Shown here in pieces: positions 61,110 through 64,000 of a stretch of 64,000 nt of DNA (its first letter is position 1; each line of letters begins with the position of its first letter). This DNA comes from an uncultured Eubacteriales bacterium (GTDB lineage Bacteria > Acidobacteriota > Aminicenantia > Aminicenantales > Aminicenantaceae). A model generated the notes under the pieces. It saw only the letters and a list, made by a program, of their open reading frames with translations. It ran no database searches and was not told the DNA's origin. Location of the stretch: positions 12,438 through 76,437 of the forward strand of contig CAYSCS010000073.1 in NCBI GenBank assembly GCA_964429695.1, read 5' to 3'. The position numbers were made by a program, and so were the translations under genes.

Positions 61110-63266
61110 CTAACGCCATTCGAATCTCTGCCTCTTGCCCCCGAGATGTTCGATGGAATCCACCAGGAGCTGGGCAATGTAACGTGAATTGTGGATGTAT
61201 CCACCTGGCTCTTTTTTACTGAGCTGGAAGTTGTATGCGGCTTTGAGGAGAGCAGGGTCAAAGGAATTGTAACCATTGGGATAGATGTTTTCTCCTGGGT
61301 CTACTTTCCCGTTTGCGTTGAGGTCATAGAAGAAATAGGGATAAGTGTGTCCATCATACACTAGCGCTGCTTTGAGTACCTCGAGAGCATATTTTCGGAT
61401 CTCAGCATAGAGGAGCTTTTCCAGTCCCTTCAACTCTTCTCTTATGGATTCAGAGATGTCGCCGTCTCCATCATAGTCTGGAATGGTGGCAGGACGGATG
61501 CCTCTGAAATGAAATTTTCTCGGGTCAGTCCCTTTTTGTGGCTGGGAAATATCATTTCCATGGCAGAAGACACAGTCTGCTGGGTCAGGACTCTGAACAT
61601 TGTGGAGGTGTCCTGTGATATCATAGGGCGCATTTTCGCTTTTTGTTCCCATGTGGCATTCGACGCAAGTTTGGAATTTCCCTTGGTGGCTGAGGAAAGG
61701 TGTGCGGGTAGCGTAATTTCTATTTGGGAATTCGAAGCCTGCCTTGACTTCACTTCCGAAAAGCACGGCTGCTGCAGGGTAGTAATGGATGTTGATGAAT
61801 GAGTAAGGACCAGGAGAAGAGGAGATGGTTTCCTTGACAGTGAATTTTGAGGCTCGGCCCTGATGACAGTTTAGGCACAGATTGCTTGAATCTCCCATAT
61901 CCTTGCTTATCCCCGAGGGAAATCTTACTGCCCCTGCTTTTCTCATCCCAGGAGGAGTGGTATGACATGTTATACAGAGGAGACCATTTGAAGGTTCTTC
62001 GCTTACAGTTTTTCCCTGCTCAAGGAAAGAGGAAAGGCCTTGGGAACTATGACATTTGGAACATGAAGCTGGGACTTTCCCTTCTTCGTCCCAGTGCCTC
62101 CATGCTTCGGCTGAGCCATTGAAATGTCCCTCATCTTCCCTGTAGATACCGGCCAAGAGATGAGAATCTTCGAGTTTTCGATTGAGGTCTTCGAGGGAAT
62201 CGAAGAGGAGCTCGATGATGTATTTTCCACCGTGTGCATAGGAGTTGGGGTCTTTCTGAGCTACCTGGTAATTGTAGGCAGCCTTGAGAAGACGCGGGGT
62301 AAAGGTAATATATCTATTGGCAAAATTAATCTCATTCTCATCCGCTTGGCCATTATCGTTTAAGTCATTGAAGAAATAAGGATAAGTATGTGAGTCATAG
62401 ACTATGGGGTTTAAGACTATTTCGCGCGCATATTTTTTTATCCCTAGGTAGAGTCTTTCCTTTAAATCTTCGATCTCATAATAGATGCCTTCAACCATGT
62501 CCCCATCGCCATCATAATCAACGAATGAGCCATAAAAACGGATGTCTTTGGGGTCCTTTATTCCCGTGTGGCAAGTGTTGCAGGAGTTAATGTCAATCTT
62601 GAGGGAGTGAGGATTGTGGCATGTGGTGCAAGCGTTGTAGCCAGTTAAGTGAGAGAATCTAGAGTCATAGGATTTTCCCGAATATTCGTAGCCCCCTCTT
62701 ACGAAAGTTCCAAATTGGGTGACAGCAGCGGCATAATAATGGATGTTGATGAAACCGAGGGCTTGGCTGACAACATCCTCTTCCACCGAAGCTCTTGCGA
62801 TTGCTTCATTCACAGAATTCGTGGATGCCCTTCCCTGGTGACATTCTATACATAAGGCTTCTGGACCGAGATTTTCAACAGTTTTTCCAGAAGGGAAAGT
62901 CACTGCGCTACGTTCATGAGTTAAGCCTGATTTATAATCTGAATGGCAGGCTTCACATTCTATGGTTGTTCCTGTTTTAGCGCTTGAGTCAACCTTTTCA
63001 GGAGTAGAGCCATCTACACCGAGAAAGTCCCTAAAACCAGGAGTTGAATGACATTTGGCGCAGGTGGGGGGTATCTCACCTTCTTCATTCCAGTGAGTGA
63101 ATGCCTCTGCAGATGAGTCTGCATGCCCTGAGGTTTCCCACAGTTTTCTGGCGTGTGATTCTTTTGACTGGATGGAAGACTCTTCATCTGGTTTTGCCTT
63201 CAGGGCAAGAAGGACAAGGCAGAATAAAGCCCCCAGCGTGGCCACTATTCTAAGGTATTTCCCCAT
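61110..63266 (-). CDS. decahaem c-type cytochrome built from two tandem pentahaem modules
   Basis: signal peptide; 10 CXXCH; two about 305-aa repeats each ending in DYDGDGD and LLKAAYN(Y/F)Q blocks. Confidence 0.8.
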   Translation of the reverse strand: MGKYLRIVATLGALFCLVLLALKAKPDEESSIQSKESHARKLWETSGHADSSAEAFTHWNEEGEIPPTCAKCHSTPGFRDFLGVDGSTPEKVDSSAKTGTTIECEACHSDYKSGLTHERSAVTFPSGKTVENLGPEALCIECHQGRASTNSVNEAIARASVEEDVVSQALGFINIHYYAAAVTQFGTFVRGGYEYSGKSYDSRFSHLTGYNACTTCHNPHSLKIDINSCNTCHTGIKDPKDIRFYGSFVDYDGDGDMVEGIYYEIEDLKERLYLGIKKYAREIVLNPIVYDSHTYPYFFNDLNDNGQADENEINFANRYITFTPRLLKAAYNYQVAQKDPNSYAHGGKYIIELLFDSLEDLNRKLEDSHLLAGIYREDEGHFNGSAEAWRHWDEEGKVPASCSKCHSSQGLSSFLEQGKTVSEEPSNGLLCITCHTTPPGMRKAGAVRFPSGISKDMGDSSNLCLNCHQGRASKFTVKETISSSPGPYSFINIHYYPAAAVLFGSEVKAGFEFPNRNYATRTPFLSHQGKFQTCVECHMGTKSENAPYDITGHLHNVQSPDPADCVFCHGNDISQPQKGTDPRKFHFRGIRPATIPDYDGDGDISESIREELKGLEKLLYAEIRKYALEVLKAALVYDGHTYPYFFYDLNANGKVDPGENIYPNGYNSFDPALLKAAYNFQLSKKEPGGYIHNSRYIAQLLVDSIEHLGGKRQRFEWR
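61154..63089 (-). repeat. intragenic tandem duplication (about 915 bp x 2) inside the decahaem cytochrome gene
   Basis: DNA-level similarity between 61310-61360 and 62350-62400 and parallel protein motifs; units approximately 61154-62069 and 62174-63089. Confidence 0.6.
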
Positions 63267-63281
63267 TTCACCCTCCTTCGT

Positions 63282-64000
63282 CTATTCCCATCTGTAAGAG
63301 AAAGAAATCTCCAATATGTTCGCTCCGTAATCATTAAACCCAGAGAGCCTCTCTTTAAATTTGAGATAACGATAACCGGCCGAAGCAGAAATACCATTGG
63401 GAAAGAGATATTCAAGATATGCTTTAATCAAATTCCTGGAAATTTCCCAGAAACCCAGATTCCAGTAGAGATTTCCCGAGGCACCGATTTTCAAGCGCTC
63501 TGTTAGATTCAACAGAAGTGAGGAATCAAGAAGGTTCGATCTTCCTTCATAAAGAATTTCCCAGAGAAATGTGCCTCCTGGTCCGCTAAACGAAGGAGGA
63601 TAGGCAATGTTTCGCTTCCCTTCATGTCTCTGATCAATCAAGGAATATCCGCCCGAAACCAAAATTGCTTTGCTCCTGTATGAAGCCTGAAGGCTGAGCT
63701 GATTCCTTCGCGACTGCCAGAGATTTAAAAAGACCTCACTCTCTGAGCCTTTCCAGAGATAGGAACCTAAGAGGTTTATTTTTTCGAAACGAGTCCTGAA
63801 GCTCACTCTGAAACGAGAGAAGCTTGTGGGAGAAATTAGGGTAAAGGGCTCGTCCAGGAATCCATTTTCATAATCGAGATTTATTACGAGGCGAGAAATT
63901 GGTTCGATTCTAAAGTTGCCAAAAATTCCCTTCTTCGTGCTTCTTTCTTCATAGGTTATTGTTTCAAATGGAGAAGTAACTCTTTGAGAAGAAGCTAAGC
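63282..64000 (-). CDS. outer-membrane beta-barrel (porin-like) protein, 5'-partial (continues beyond window end)
   Basis: frame is open from 64000 down to the stop at 63282; amphipathic beta-strand pattern (GANILEISFSYRW, ASAGYRYLKF, GASGNLYWNLGFWEIS); 15 bp upstream of the decahaem gene. Confidence 0.5.
   Translation of the reverse strand, partial: LASSQRVTSPFETITYEERSTKKGIFGNFRIEPISRLVINLDYENGFLDEPFTLISPTSFSRFRVSFRTRFEKINLLGSYLWKGSESEVFLNLWQSRRNQLSLQASYRSKAILVSGGYSLIDQRHEGKRNIAYPPSFSGPGGTFLWEILYEGRSNLLDSSLLLNLTERLKIGASGNLYWNLGFWEISRNLIKAYLEYLFPNGISASAGYRYLKFKERLSGFNDYGANILEISFSYRWE

Noticed and set aside
63880-63910. GGTTCGATTC and other GGTTCGA(A/T) strings (also near 60863 and 60961) that resemble tRNA T-arm sequences
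   Set aside because: No flanking acceptor or anticodon stem complementarity could be traced; 63880-63910 lies inside the open beta-barrel reading frame
1-64000. Prophage, integron or transposon content
   Set aside because: No integrase, transposase, terminal inverted repeats or phage structural genes recognised; the cytochrome block is flanked by ordinary genes on its right-edge-proximal side only (left flank is the FAD oxidoreductase), so mobility cannot be inferred

Overview
This is a 64-kb bacterial chromosomal segment (about 45% GC, lysine-rich proteins, many c-type cytochromes). It probably comes from an anaerobic, respiratory lineage. Candidates are Deltaproteobacteria/Desulfobacterota-, Nitrospirota- or candidate-phylum-like, but I cannot place it from sequence alone. 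No rRNA, tRNA, CRISPR, integrase or transposase was recognisable.

Three kinds of content are present.

1. Anaerobic catabolic modules (0.2-26.7 kb): a pyrrolysine-free MttB-family methyltransferase with an MFS transporter; an aminotransferase-IorAB operon; a 3-hydroxyacyl-CoA dehydrogenase/enoyl-CoA hydratase fusion with a thiolase; a family-III CoA-transferase translationally coupled to a three-subunit molybdenum hydroxylase; an OYE/FAD enoate-reductase-like protein; a ferredoxin; a VOC/epimerase; a split B12 acyl-CoA mutase; and a hydantoinase A/B pair.

2. A secreted or periplasmic hydrolase/aminotransferase neighbourhood (26.8-36.6 kb), followed by housekeeping genes (queA, ruvBAC, yebC, carAB, tag, mnmA).

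3. A 13-kb block encoded entirely on the minus strand (51.0-64.0 kb). This is the most striking feature. In transcription order it encodes:
- a 5'-truncated beta-barrel outer-membrane protein;
- a decahaem cytochrome c, 15 bp downstream, containing an internal tandem duplication;
- an octahaem (HAO-like or OmaB-like) cytochrome;
- system-II cytochrome c biogenesis genes (ResB/CcsB and CcsA);
- a 17-haem NapC/NrfH-like membrane-anchored cytochrome (plus one CX4CH);
- a Rieske protein;
- a full-length cytochrome b;
- a nonahaem cytochrome with a C-terminal membrane anchor;
- a tetrahaem cytochrome.

That is 48 canonical CXXCH motifs in total. I interpret it as a candidate quinol:cytochrome c oxidoreductase (bc-type) wired to a porin-cytochrome outer-membrane conduit for extracellular or periplasmic electron transfer. 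A nitrogen-oxide-reducing module built around the octahaem is the alternative.

All functional calls are from motif and family recognition by eye. No database search was run. The ORF track treats GTG/TTG as start codons, so several listed starts are probably over-extended; I adjusted them where an internal ATG with a ribosome-binding site was evident.
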